Shown: positions 9,219-18,661 of the stretch, in pieces
Position numbering within the stretch: position 1 is the stretch's first letter
How the letters are laid out: the number at the start of each line of letters is the position of its first letter
Assembly (NCBI RefSeq): GCF_945956895.1
Contig: NZ_CAMFJF010000006.1
Location: 35,366-99,365 of the forward strand
Origin: an uncultured Bosea sp.
Lineage (GTDB): Bacteria; Pseudomonadota; Alphaproteobacteria; Rhizobiales; Beijerinckiaceae
Reading direction: 5' to 3'
DNA length: 64,000 nucleotides
Program-made: the position numbers and the translations under genes
The notes under the pieces: generated by a model
What the model was told of the DNA's origin: nothing
The model's input: the letters and a program-made list of their open reading frames with translations, nothing else
The model's database searches: none

Positions 9219-9383
9219 TGAAGCGGGTCATCCCGCACGCGCTGCGGCACGAAGTGTTGCTGCGCAGATGCGGGATCGCATGACGAGTTATTCCCGGCTC
9301 CCGGCTCTGTAAGGGCGCCTCTTTCTGATGACGGTCCCGTGTCTGCGCGGCGGCATTCCATGCCGCAGCGCGCACGGGATGAC
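9218..9383. repeat. Type A composite palindromic repeat, copy 2, between emrA and emrB
   Basis: GTCATCCCGCA...TGCGGGATCGCATGAC followed by GTCCCGTG...CACGGGATGAC. Arms near-identical to 2287-2428. Confidence 0.85.
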
Positions 9384-9406
9384 ACCCCGAGGAAAGGTAG
9401 GCCGCC

Positions 9407-10996
9407 ATGGCCACCGCGACCCTGAATGCGCCGGCGGGAGCGCCGCCGTCATCGGACGCCATCCCGCTTCGCCGGATCTTCGCCTTCATGGCGATGGTCT
9501 TCGGCATGTTCATGGCGATCCTCGACATCCAGATCGTCTCGGCCTCGCTCGCCGAGATTCAGGCCGGCCTGTCGGCCTCCTCGGACGAGATCGCCTGGGT
9601 CCAGACGGCCTATCTGATCGCCGAAGTGATCATGATCCCGCTCTCGGGCTATCTCAGCCGGGCGCTGTCGACGCGCGTATTCTTCTCGATCGCGGCGGCG
9701 GGCTTCACGATCTCCAGCGTGCTCTGCGCCCAGGCCTCCTCGATCAACGAGATGATCCTGTGGCGGGCGGTGCAGGGCTTCATCGGCGGCGGCATGATTC
9801 CCGGCGTCTTTGCGGCCGCCTTCACGATCTTCCCGCCGTCGAAGCGGCCGATCGTCTCGCCGCTGATCGGCCTCGTCGCGACGCTGGCGCCGACGATCGG
9901 CCCGACCGTCGGCGGCTATCTCAGCCATGCCTTCTCCTGGCACTGGCTCTTCCTCGTCAATGTCGTGCCCGGCATCGGCGTGACGCTCGCAGCCTGGACG
10001 CTGATCGATTTCGACAAGCCGGACCACAGCCTGATCAAGCGTTTCGACTGGCTGGGGCTTGCCGCCATGGCGGCCTTCCTCGGCAGCCTCGAATATGTGC
10101 TGGAGGAGGGGACGCGGCTCGAATGGTTCCAGAGTCACGAGATCCTGTTCTTCACGGTCGTCATGGTCGCAGGTGCCGTCCTGTTCTTCTGGCGGGCGCT
10201 GACGCGCGACGATCCGCTGGTCGATCTCTATGCGTTCAGGAACCGCAACTTCGCCTTCGGCTCGCTGTTCTCGTTCTGCATGGGTATCGGCCTTTATGGA
10301 CTGACTTATCTCTACCCGGTCTATCTCGGGCGCATCCGCGGCTATGACGCGCTGATGATCGGCGAGACGATGTTCGTCACCGGCCTGTGCATGTTCTTCA
10401 CGGCGCCCTTCGCCGGGCGGCTTTCGGCCAAGCTCGACCCGCGCGTCATGATGATGATCGGTTTCAGCGGTTTCGCGCTGGGCACCTGGATCGCCTCGGG
10501 CATCACCTCGGACTGGGATTTCTACGAGCTGCTCTGGCCGCAGATCCTGCGCGGCTGCTCGCTGATGCTGTGCATGGTGCCGATCAACAATATCGCGCTG
10601 GGCTCGCTGCCGCCGCAGCAGCTCAAGAACGCGTCGGGTCTCTACAATCTCACACGCAATCTCGGTGGCGCGGTCGGGCTCGCGATCATCAACACCATGC
10701 TCAACACGCGCACCGACCTGCACATCACCCGGCTGCACGAGATGGTCGTCGCCGGGCGCGGCGTGGCGGAGGAGGCGATCGCCAATACGGCGCAGCGCTT
10801 CATCGACCACGGCGATGCGGCGCAGACCATGGCTCTGGCCCTCGTCAACCAGCGTGTCCACAAGCAGGCGCTGGTCATGGCCTTCGGTGACGTCTTCATC
10901 GGCCTGACCGTGATCTTCGGGAGCCTGGTCGTGCTCTCGCTGTTCCTGAGCAAACCGCCGAAGCCGGTCGCGGGCGGCGGAGGCGGTGGCCACTAG
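9407..10996 (+). CDS. emrB: DHA2-family MFS multidrug efflux transporter (EmrB/QacA type)
   Basis: 529 aa with about 14 TM segments. Typical EmrB N-terminal region FMAILDIQIVSASL. Glycine-rich tail. Confidence 0.9.
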   Translation: MATATLNAPAGAPPSSDAIPLRRIFAFMAMVFGMFMAILDIQIVSASLAEIQAGLSASSDEIAWVQTAYLIAEVIMIPLSGYLSRALSTRVFFSIAAAGFTISSVLCAQASSINEMILWRAVQGFIGGGMIPGVFAAAFTIFPPSKRPIVSPLIGLVATLAPTIGPTVGGYLSHAFSWHWLFLVNVVPGIGVTLAAWTLIDFDKPDHSLIKRFDWLGLAAMAAFLGSLEYVLEEGTRLEWFQSHEILFFTVVMVAGAVLFFWRALTRDDPLVDLYAFRNRNFAFGSLFSFCMGIGLYGLTYLYPVYLGRIRGYDALMIGETMFVTGLCMFFTAPFAGRLSAKLDPRVMMMIGFSGFALGTWIASGITSDWDFYELLWPQILRGCSLMLCMVPINNIALGSLPPQQLKNASGLYNLTRNLGGAVGLAIINTMLNTRTDLHITRLHEMVVAGRGVAEEAIANTAQRFIDHGDAAQTMALALVNQRVHKQALVMAFGDVFIGLTVIFGSLVVLSLFLSKPPKPVAGGGGGGH

Positions 10997-11137
10997 GCGA
11001 CACATCACGGAACTGCAGTTCTCACGGACGCTGGCCGGCTCAAGCAGCCGCGCGCGGCCATGCGCTCGTCGCAGGGTATCGGCGCGGCTGTCATGCCGAT
11101 GTGCTGTGGGCGCTGCCCGATGTCGCAGGCACGAAGA

Positions 11138-11166
11138 TTGACATTCGAGCGTCGGTTGGCCAAATA
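11138..11166 (+). promoter_or_regulatory. Candidate sigma70-type promoter of irr (TTGACA-N17-CAAATA)
   Basis: Perfect -35 hexamer, 17-nt spacer and weak -10, located just upstream of the ICE palindrome. Confidence 0.3.
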
Positions 11167-11182
11167 TGGTAACAATATCAGT

Positions 11183-11203
11183 AGTTTAGATGTTTTCTAA
11201 ACT
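11183..11203. promoter_or_regulatory. Iron control element (ICE, Irr-binding) palindrome AGTTTAGA-N5-TCTAAACT
   Basis: Perfect 8+8 inverted repeat that contains the TTTAGAA-N3-TTCTAAA ICE core. Lies 36 nt upstream of the irr ATG in an AT-rich patch. Confidence 0.65.
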
Positions 11204-11238
11204 ACGCTGCCGAGGTTCGGCGTGTGGAAGGCGTTACG

Positions 11239-11772
11239 ATGAGCGTTCTGGCGAGCAAGGATCAGGATCACAAGCCAGTGGCGGGCGATCATATCCCGTG
11301 GCCGCAGAAAAACCCGTCCAGCTGCCCGATCAGTGCCGTGAAGGCGCGGCTGCGGACGGCGGGCTTGCGCCCGACGCGCCAGCGCATGGCGCTGGGCTGG
11401 CTGCTCTTCGCCAAGGGCGATCGCCATGTCAGCGCCGAGATGCTCTACGAGGAAGCGCTGCGGGCGCGCGAGCCGCTTTCGCTCGCGACCGTCTACAACA
11501 CGCTGCGCCAGTTCTCCGAGGCCGGCCTGCTGCGCCAGGTTTCCGTCTCGGGTCCGAAGACCTTCTTCGATACCAACGTGTCGGAGCATCATCATTTCTA
11601 CAACGAGGACGATGAGACCGTCACCGACATCCCGGGCTCGATGATCCAGGTTGCCGGCCTGCCGGATGCGCCGGAAGGCATGATGATCGCCTCGGTCGAG
11701 GTCATCGTCCGCCTGCGCAGCGCCGATGGCGAGGAGATCGAGACGAAGCGGGTGGTGGGCCACCACGCGTGA
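11239..11772 (+). CDS. irr: Iron response regulator Irr (Fur family)
   Basis: Fur-family winged helix (RPTRQRMALGWLL). Cys-Pro heme-regulatory-like motif (SSCPIS) and HHH motif (SEHHHFYN), as in Bradyrhizobium Irr. Confidence 0.85.
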   Translation: MSVLASKDQDHKPVAGDHIPWPQKNPSSCPISAVKARLRTAGLRPTRQRMALGWLLFAKGDRHVSAEMLYEEALRAREPLSLATVYNTLRQFSEAGLLRQVSVSGPKTFFDTNVSEHHHFYNEDDETVTDIPGSMIQVAGLPDAPEGMMIASVEVIVRLRSADGEEIETKRVVGHHA

Positions 11773-12056
11773 TCGTCTGCTCCTGTAACGTTCTGTCTTG
11801 CGGCCAGATCAAGGGAACTGTCGCTGCCGATGGCAGCGGGCCCCGGACGGCCGGCGAGGTCTATGACTGCCTGGGCTGCAGCCCGGATTGCGGCCGTTGC
11901 GCGCGCGAGGTCCGGGCGCTCCTGGCCGAAGCCCGCGCGGTCTGTGCGACGCAATGCGGCAGCTGCGCCAGCCGCGAGATCGAATGCGCGGTGCATGTCT
12001 CGGTTGGCCGCATGCTCGACGGGATCGAGCTCGCCGAGGAGAGCGTCGCGGCTTGA
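11769..12056 (+). CDS. bfd: Bacterioferritin-associated ferredoxin (BFD-like [2Fe-2S] domain) with Cys-rich C-terminal extension
   Basis: GTG start overlaps the irr stop (GTGA). MIVCSCN...DCGRC matches the Bfd CxC...CxxC pattern. 95 aa with 11 Cys. Confidence 0.8.
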   Translation: MIVCSCNVLSCGQIKGTVAADGSGPRTAGEVYDCLGCSPDCGRCAREVRALLAEARAVCATQCGSCASREIECAVHVSVGRMLDGIELAEESVAA

Positions 12057-12111
12057 GGTCAGGCGCCTCGCGCGCGGTTCGGGCAAAAGCGCCGAGACCG
12101 CGGTTTACCTC

Positions 12112-12140
12112 TTCACTTCCGGAAAGCGCCCGACTACATT
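12112..12140 (+). promoter_or_regulatory. Candidate bfr promoter (TTCACT-N17-TACATT)
   Basis: Hexamers with 17-nt spacing. The -10 overlaps the ICE-like palindrome. Confidence 0.3.
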
Positions 12141-12156
12141 AGTATCATTCTAATGT
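12136..12156. promoter_or_regulatory. ICE-like palindrome ACATTAG-N7-CTAATGT (core ATTAGTA-TCA-TTCTAAT)
   Basis: 7+7 inverted repeat 20 nt upstream of the bfr ATG. The 14 specified positions of TTTAGAA-N3-TTCTAAA are matched at 11. Confidence 0.55.
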
Positions 12157-12175
12157 GGATTGCGGAGTGAACCCG

Positions 12176-12670
12176 ATGAAGGGCGATAAGAAGGTCATCG
12201 AGTATCTCAACAAGGGGCTGCGCTCGGAGCTCACCGCCATCAACCAGTACTGGCTGCATTACCGCATGCTGGACAACTGGGGCCTGAAGGAGATGGCCAA
12301 GACCTGGAAGAAGGAATCGATCGAGGAGATGGTCCATGCCGACCGCTTCGTCGACCGCATCCTCTTCCTCGAGGGCTTTCCGAACCTGCAGACCCTCGAC
12401 CAGCTGCGCATCGGCGAGACCGTCAAGGAAGTGATCGAGTGCGATCTCAAGGCCGAGATCGAAGCCCGCTCTCTCTATCAGGAAGCGGCGAAGTATTGCC
12501 GCGAGGTCGGCGACTACCCCTCGGAAGACCTGTTCAAAGCCCTGATGAAGGATGAGGAAGGCCATATCGACTTCCTGGAGACCCAGCTCGACCTCATCAG
12601 CCGCATCGGCATTGAGCTTTACACCCAGAAGCATATCGGCGGCCTGGAAGGCGACGACCACGAGCATTGA
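12176..12670 (+). CDS. bfr: Bacterioferritin
   Basis: [15 protein letters not shown]...; ferroxidase-centre motifs EEMVHAD and EEGHIDF; about 160 aa. Confidence 0.95.
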   Translation: MKGDKKVIEYLNKGLRSELTAINQYWLHYRMLDNWGLKEMAKTWKKESIEEMVHADRFVDRILFLEGFPNLQTLDQLRIGETVKEVIECDLKAEIEARSLYQEAAKYCREVGDYPSEDLFKALMKDEEGHIDFLETQLDLISRIGIELYTQKHIGGLEGDDHEH

Positions 12671-12693
12671 GCCGAGGCACTTCAACCTGAATC

Positions 12694-12777
12694 GTCATTG
12701 CGAGCGTAGCGAAGCAATCCAGGGGCGGCAGAGCTCTATGGCCCCCTGGATTGCTTCGCTTCGCTCCTCGCAATGAC
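12694..12777. repeat. Type B nested-palindromic repeat, copy 1 (GTCATTGCGAG...GAAGCAATCCAGG / CCTGGATTGCTTC...CTCGCAATGAC)
   Basis: Long imperfect palindrome. Related copies at 39369-39462 and 47310-47397. Confidence 0.9.
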
Positions 12778-12794
12778 GACTGGGACATGTCTCC

Positions 12795-12835
12795 AAAAGA
12801 AAAGGCCCGCCAGTTGGCGGGCCTTTGCTATTTTC
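12795..12835. terminator. Bidirectional intrinsic terminator (bfr / csp convergent)
   Basis: AAAGGCCCGCC-AGTT-GGCGGGCCTTT stem with A-run and T-run flanks on both strands. Confidence 0.7.
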
Positions 12836-12852
12836 GGCGAAGCAGAACCAGA

Positions 12853-13530
12853 TCAGATGAAGCTGACGTCAGCGGCTTCCGGGCCCTTGCGGCCGGTGCG
12901 GATCGAGAAGCGCACGCGCTGCCCGTCCATCGGCGGCTGCAGGCCGCTGCGGCCGAGCGACGAGACGTGCAGGAACACGTCCGGGCCACCCTTGTCCGGC
13001 GCGATGAAGCCGAAGCCGCGATCCGAGTTGAAGAACTTCACGGCGCCATCATAGGGACCTTCCACCGGGCCGCTGTTGCGATCCTGGAAGCCGCCGCCAC
13101 GCGGGCCGCGATCACCGCCGCCGAAGCCGCCGCGATCACCACCGCCATAGCCACCGCGATCGCCACCGTAGCCGCCGCGATCCCGATCGCCATAGCCGCC
13201 GCCGCCGAAATCATCGCGCGGAGGGCGGGGCGAGAAGGCGCGGGGAGCCGGCGCGGTCTGCGTCGCCGTGGAGGCGTCGATCTCATGGACCGCGACGACC
13301 TGGAGGCCGCGGCGGCCTTCGCCGAGATCGGCGACGATCGTGGCGCCGGGCAGCAAGTCCTGCTGGTCGAGCGGCCCGATGGCCGAGACATGCAGGAAGA
13401 CATCGCCCGAACCGTCGGAGGGCGATGCGAAACCGAACCCCTTCTCGGGGTCGAACCACTTGACCTTGGCTTCGATGTTTTCGTGCGTCACGAAAGGCTG
13501 GGCAGCGGGAGGCTTGCGTCGATCGAACAT
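12853..13530 (-). CDS. Two-domain cold-shock protein with RGG/Gly-rich linker
   Basis: Two CSDs (KVKWFDPEKGFGFASP... and AVKFFNSDRGFGFIAP...). They are joined by GGGGYGDRDRGGYGGDRGGYGGGDRGGFGGGDRGPRGGGF. Confidence 0.85.
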   Translation of the reverse strand: MFDRRKPPAAQPFVTHENIEAKVKWFDPEKGFGFASPSDGSGDVFLHVSAIGPLDQQDLLPGATIVADLGEGRRGLQVVAVHEIDASTATQTAPAPRAFSPRPPRDDFGGGGYGDRDRGGYGGDRGGYGGGDRGGFGGGDRGPRGGGFQDRNSGPVEGPYDGAVKFFNSDRGFGFIAPDKGGPDVFLHVSSLGRSGLQPPMDGQRVRFSIRTGRKGPEAADVSFI

Positions 13531-13834
13531 GGATCTTCAAATATGAGTGACCGGGAGCACGCAACTTAGCTCATGCCGGGCGCGCCGTCATCGGGGTCAA
13601 TGCGAAATTATTGCATGCTAATTTACGGTGCAATAGTGGTTTTTCGCTGCCGTCCCCAAGGTCATTCTTGGCCTTCGTTATGCGTCATACGCATGTGTTC
13701 GGCTATTTTCTGCCTAAATTCTCCGCATGATCGGCGAAAATGCCGCAGGTCGCGCTCTTGCAATCGGCGGTTATCGGTATGATGTGAGTTCCGAGTTAGG
13801 GAAGACAACGCCTCCTGGTCGGTTAGCGCCTCAC

Positions 13835-14473
13835 ATGCGCAGTTCAGGAGATGATGATTTGGTGCGTTCGCGACAATCCGGCAAAAGGGCCGGCGATGGC
13901 GTGATCCGGCGGCTGTGGCCGACGGAGCGCGATCTTTTCAGAGAGCATCTGCTCAGGCTCGACTCGGTCACCCGCCACCAGCGCTTCGGCACGGCGGTGA
14001 ATGACGCGTTTCTGGAGAACTATGCCAGGACGACCTTCGGCGTCGGCGGGTTGGTCTATGCCTTCGTGGTCGATGGCGTGGTGCGCGGTGCGGCCGAGTT
14101 GCGCGGCCTCGACGACATCATCGCGCTGACCGGCGAGGCGGCTTTCAGCGTCGAGGCGCCATGGCGGCGCCGTGGCGTCGGCTCGCAATTGTTCAGCCGC
14201 CTGATCACGGCGGCGCGCAATCGCGGGGTCCGCACGCTCTATCTGACCTGCCTGCCGGAGAATGCGGCGATGCGCCGGCTCGCGGCCAAGTTCGAGGCCG
14301 ATCTCGTCAGCGGCTATGCGGATGTCGAGGGCGTGATCGCGACCGGCGCGCCGACGCCCTTCACGATCCTCGACGAGGCGCTCGACAACGCCAGGGGCTT
14401 CGCGACGATGGCGCTGGCTATCCAGAAAAGCTTCTGGCCGAGCACGTTGCTCGCCCGGAGCCTCGGGGGGTGA
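13835..14473 (+). CDS. GNAT family N-acetyltransferase
   Basis: Acetyl-CoA-binding motif region WRRRGVGSQLFSRLI. Start chosen at the internal ATG 13835. Confidence 0.7.
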   Translation: MRSSGDDDLVRSRQSGKRAGDGVIRRLWPTERDLFREHLLRLDSVTRHQRFGTAVNDAFLENYARTTFGVGGLVYAFVVDGVVRGAAELRGLDDIIALTGEAAFSVEAPWRRRGVGSQLFSRLITAARNRGVRTLYLTCLPENAAMRRLAAKFEADLVSGYADVEGVIATGAPTPFTILDEALDNARGFATMALAIQKSFWPSTLLARSLGG

Positions 14474-14512
14474 GGCCCGCGAATTCACGACCGCGGCGCT
14501 GACCCAACAACC

Positions 14513-14602
14513 GTCATGCTCGCCCTTGTGGCGAGCATCCACGTCTTGAACCCCGCCTTCGATCAAGAAGGCATGGGTGGTCGGGGCAAGCCCGACCATG
14601 AC
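14513..14602. repeat. Type D palindromic repeat, copy 1 (GTCATGCTCGCC...GGCGAGCAT ... CCCGACCATGAC)
   Basis: Multi-hairpin element related to 26954-27055 and 63679-63792. Confidence 0.75.
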
Positions 14603-14618
14603 GCAGCCAGTTGCGTGT

Positions 14619-15347
14619 CTATCGATTCAGCGAGAGCGAGGCGCCGGACTTCGTGACGGCGCCGTCGAGCGCGCCCGAGCCGGAGCTGCGCAGCCGGGCC
14701 GCGACCGTGCCGCCCTGCTGGTAGAGATAGACCTCGCCATCGCGGAAATCCCAGGCCGAGATCTTCTGCAATTCCTTGTTCGTGCAACCGGACGAGGAGG
14801 CGCGGTAGAGATCGAGCGTCGGCGTGCTCGAGAGTTGCACGCGGCATGAGCCGCCGGTCGCTTCACGCGCGGTCCAGCCACCGACCATACCGTCGCGGCT
14901 GGCGGAAGGGCGCGGGGCCGCCGTGGGGGCTGAGCCGAGGCCGGCGACCTGATTGCTGCTGCCGCGCAGGCCGGGGTCCTGTGCCGGCTGGCCGGTTGGA
15001 GGTAGGGCTTGCGGCTGGCCTTGCGGCGCGGCGCCGGCATTCGGGTCGAAGAACGGGTCCTGGGGCGGGGGCAAGGCGCCGCCGGTCTGCGGGCCGCCCG
15101 CGACGGGATAACCGCCGGCTTGGGGGGGAGCAGCGGGATAGCCGCCGGGCGGGGGCAGGGGCTCCGAAGTGATCGGGGCGGAGCTGATCGGCGGCGCGGA
15201 GGGCAGGGGCTGGCTGTAGGAGGGCTGGTTCATCGTCGGCCCGCTGAACCGCTGCGAGCCGGCGCAAGCCGTCAACGCCAGCAAAGGAAGCAGGGCGGCC
15301 GCGCGGGTGAAAGCGGCGGTCGATGCGGTCTTGATCGTCGTCGTCAT
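14619..15347 (-). CDS. Omp19-like lipoprotein with Pro-rich linker and Inh/AprI-type protease-inhibitor domain
   Basis: Lipobox LALTAC. Pro/Gly-rich spacer. C-terminal GGWTAREATGGSCRVQL...GCTNKELQKISAWDF...LYQQGGTVAARL resembles the Brucella Omp19 / Inh fold pattern. Confidence 0.7.
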   Translation of the reverse strand: MTTTIKTASTAAFTRAAALLPLLALTACAGSQRFSGPTMNQPSYSQPLPSAPPISSAPITSEPLPPPGGYPAAPPQAGGYPVAGGPQTGGALPPPQDPFFDPNAGAAPQGQPQALPPTGQPAQDPGLRGSSNQVAGLGSAPTAAPRPSASRDGMVGGWTAREATGGSCRVQLSSTPTLDLYRASSSGCTNKELQKISAWDFRDGEVYLYQQGGTVAARLRSSGSGALDGAVTKSGASLSLNR

Positions 15348-15557
15348 CAGGCGCGGGTTCCGATCTCGGTCAGCCGAACGTTGCGTCATTATCAGGAAAC
15401 GCGATGAACGCGGCATGAGCATGGTCTAGCGCAGGCCTGCGGCGTTGCGAACCCTCGATATCGGCTTCGGTTCCCACCTCTGGCGCTCAATCCCATGAAA
15501 ATGGCCCGCGCGCTGATGCGAGCAGGCCATTTTCGGTTTCATCCCGAAGGGAGCGTG

Positions 15558-17510
<1,953 letters not shown>

Positions 17511-17790
17511 TCGGGCGTCTCCCCAGACTTGGACCGTCTGTGTTGCGCTGGTCCGCCTCGTGGGTAGGCACGGCGGACGTCGCTTCTTCGATTTCGACGC
17601 ATCATAGGATGCGCGCGCCGCGCGGCAAGCCATTGTGCATCGCACTTTCGTGGCAGGCGCAGGCCGTAAACGCATGAAAGCGGGCCGAAATGCCTTCGAA
17701 CCGTCTCATCCGATGGTCGAATCGACTTTTGGACCGGCTTTTTGCCGATCGGAGGCTAGACCGTGCTGATTATTCTCGGAACCGCAGCGC

Positions 17791-17882
17791 CATCCCGGGC
17801 TTGACCCGGGATCCATCGAAAGGCTCAGGAACTCTACGATGGATCCCGGATCGGCGCTGCTGTGCAGCCTGTCCGGGATGAC
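17791..17882. repeat. Type C nested-palindromic repeat, copy 1 (CATCCCGGG...GGATCC...GGATCCCGG...TCCGGGATGAC)
   Basis: Related to 24575-24679. Confidence 0.85.
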
Positions 17883-17916
17883 ACCTTGTTTTCGCTCCGC
17901 TGGACATCAGCAGGCT

Positions 17917-18324
17917 CTAAAGCCCGCCCATCTTGCAGACGATGTTCCATTCCTCGTCGCTCACCGGCTGGACCGAGAGGCGGAAGGAGGTGACCAGCGA
18001 CATCTTGGCAAGCTTCGGTTCGGCCTTGACGGCGACGAGCGTGACCGGCTTCGGCAGGGGCTTCACCGCCTTGAAATCGACGAGGACCCAGGGCTCGCCC
18101 GGAATCCAGTTATAGGCTTCCTTGATGACCTCGACGATGCCGACGACCTCCAGCCCCTCGTTCGAATGGTAGAAGAAGACCTGGTCGCCCTGCTTCATCG
18201 CCATCAGGTTGAGCTTGGCGGTGTGGTTCTTCACCCCGTCCCAATGCGTGCCCTTCGCGCCGGCCTTGACCTGGTCGTCCCAGGACCAGACCGAGGGTTC
18301 GGATTTGATCAGCCAGTGAGCCAT
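17917..18324 (-). CDS. EVE (PUA-like) domain protein
   Basis: MAHWLIKSEPSVWSWDD...GTHWDGVKNH...GDQVFFYHSN is the typical EVE/ASCH-like signature. The ATG overlaps the upstream stop (ATGA). Confidence 0.85.
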   Translation of the reverse strand: MAHWLIKSEPSVWSWDDQVKAGAKGTHWDGVKNHTAKLNLMAMKQGDQVFFYHSNEGLEVVGIVEVIKEAYNWIPGEPWVLVDFKAVKPLPKPVTLVAVKAEPKLAKMSLVTSFRLSVQPVSDEEWNIVCKMGGL

Positions 18325-18650
18325 CAGGCCTCGTCCTCCTTGAGCGGCACCGGCGGCTGCGAGGCCGCCTCGCCCTGTTCGTTCCAGAACCGCACCATCT
18401 CGCGGGTCAGCGCGGCGTAATCCTTGGGATCGAGCTCGACGCGGACCTCGCCCTCGCCGAAGGGCAGGATCAGCACGAAGCGGTGCGTGCCCTCGGCCCG
18501 GCGCTTGCGATGCTGGATCACCGGGCTCGCGATGCGGCCGGCCAGCGGCACCGGGCCGCTCTCGGCGACGAGCTCGGAGCCCGTCGTCTTCTTGACCTCG
18601 GCAAGGCCGCGCGCGACGCGTTTCGTCAGGTCGGACCAGTCTCCCGCCAT
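18324..18650 (-). CDS. Small conserved-looking hypothetical protein (108 aa)
   Basis: ATG at 18650, 11 nt after the gpsA stop. Its stop overlaps the EVE start. No family recognised. Confidence 0.5.
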   Translation of the reverse strand: MAGDWSDLTKRVARGLAEVKKTTGSELVAESGPVPLAGRIASPVIQHRKRRAEGTHRFVLILPFGEGEVRVELDPKDYAALTREMVRFWNEQGEAASQPPVPLKEDEA

Positions 18651-18661
18651 GCTCTCCTCCC

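Noticed and set aside
9218-9283. Conserved 21-codon ORF MKRV(I/F)PHALRH(E/V)VLLRRCGIA present in both Type A repeats (also 2287-2349)
   Set aside because: The conservation is explained by the hairpin arms (ATCCCGCA/TGCGGGAT). The reading frame continues differently in the two copies and has no SD. It is most likely a repeat-encoded pseudo-ORF.
12694-12777. Possibility that the dispersed repeats form a CRISPR array or IS/MITE with terminal inverted repeats and target-site duplications
   Set aside because: The copies are dispersed singly, not in repeat-spacer arrays. They are palindromic throughout rather than TIR-flanked. I could not see direct target-site duplications, and no cas or transposase genes are in the window.
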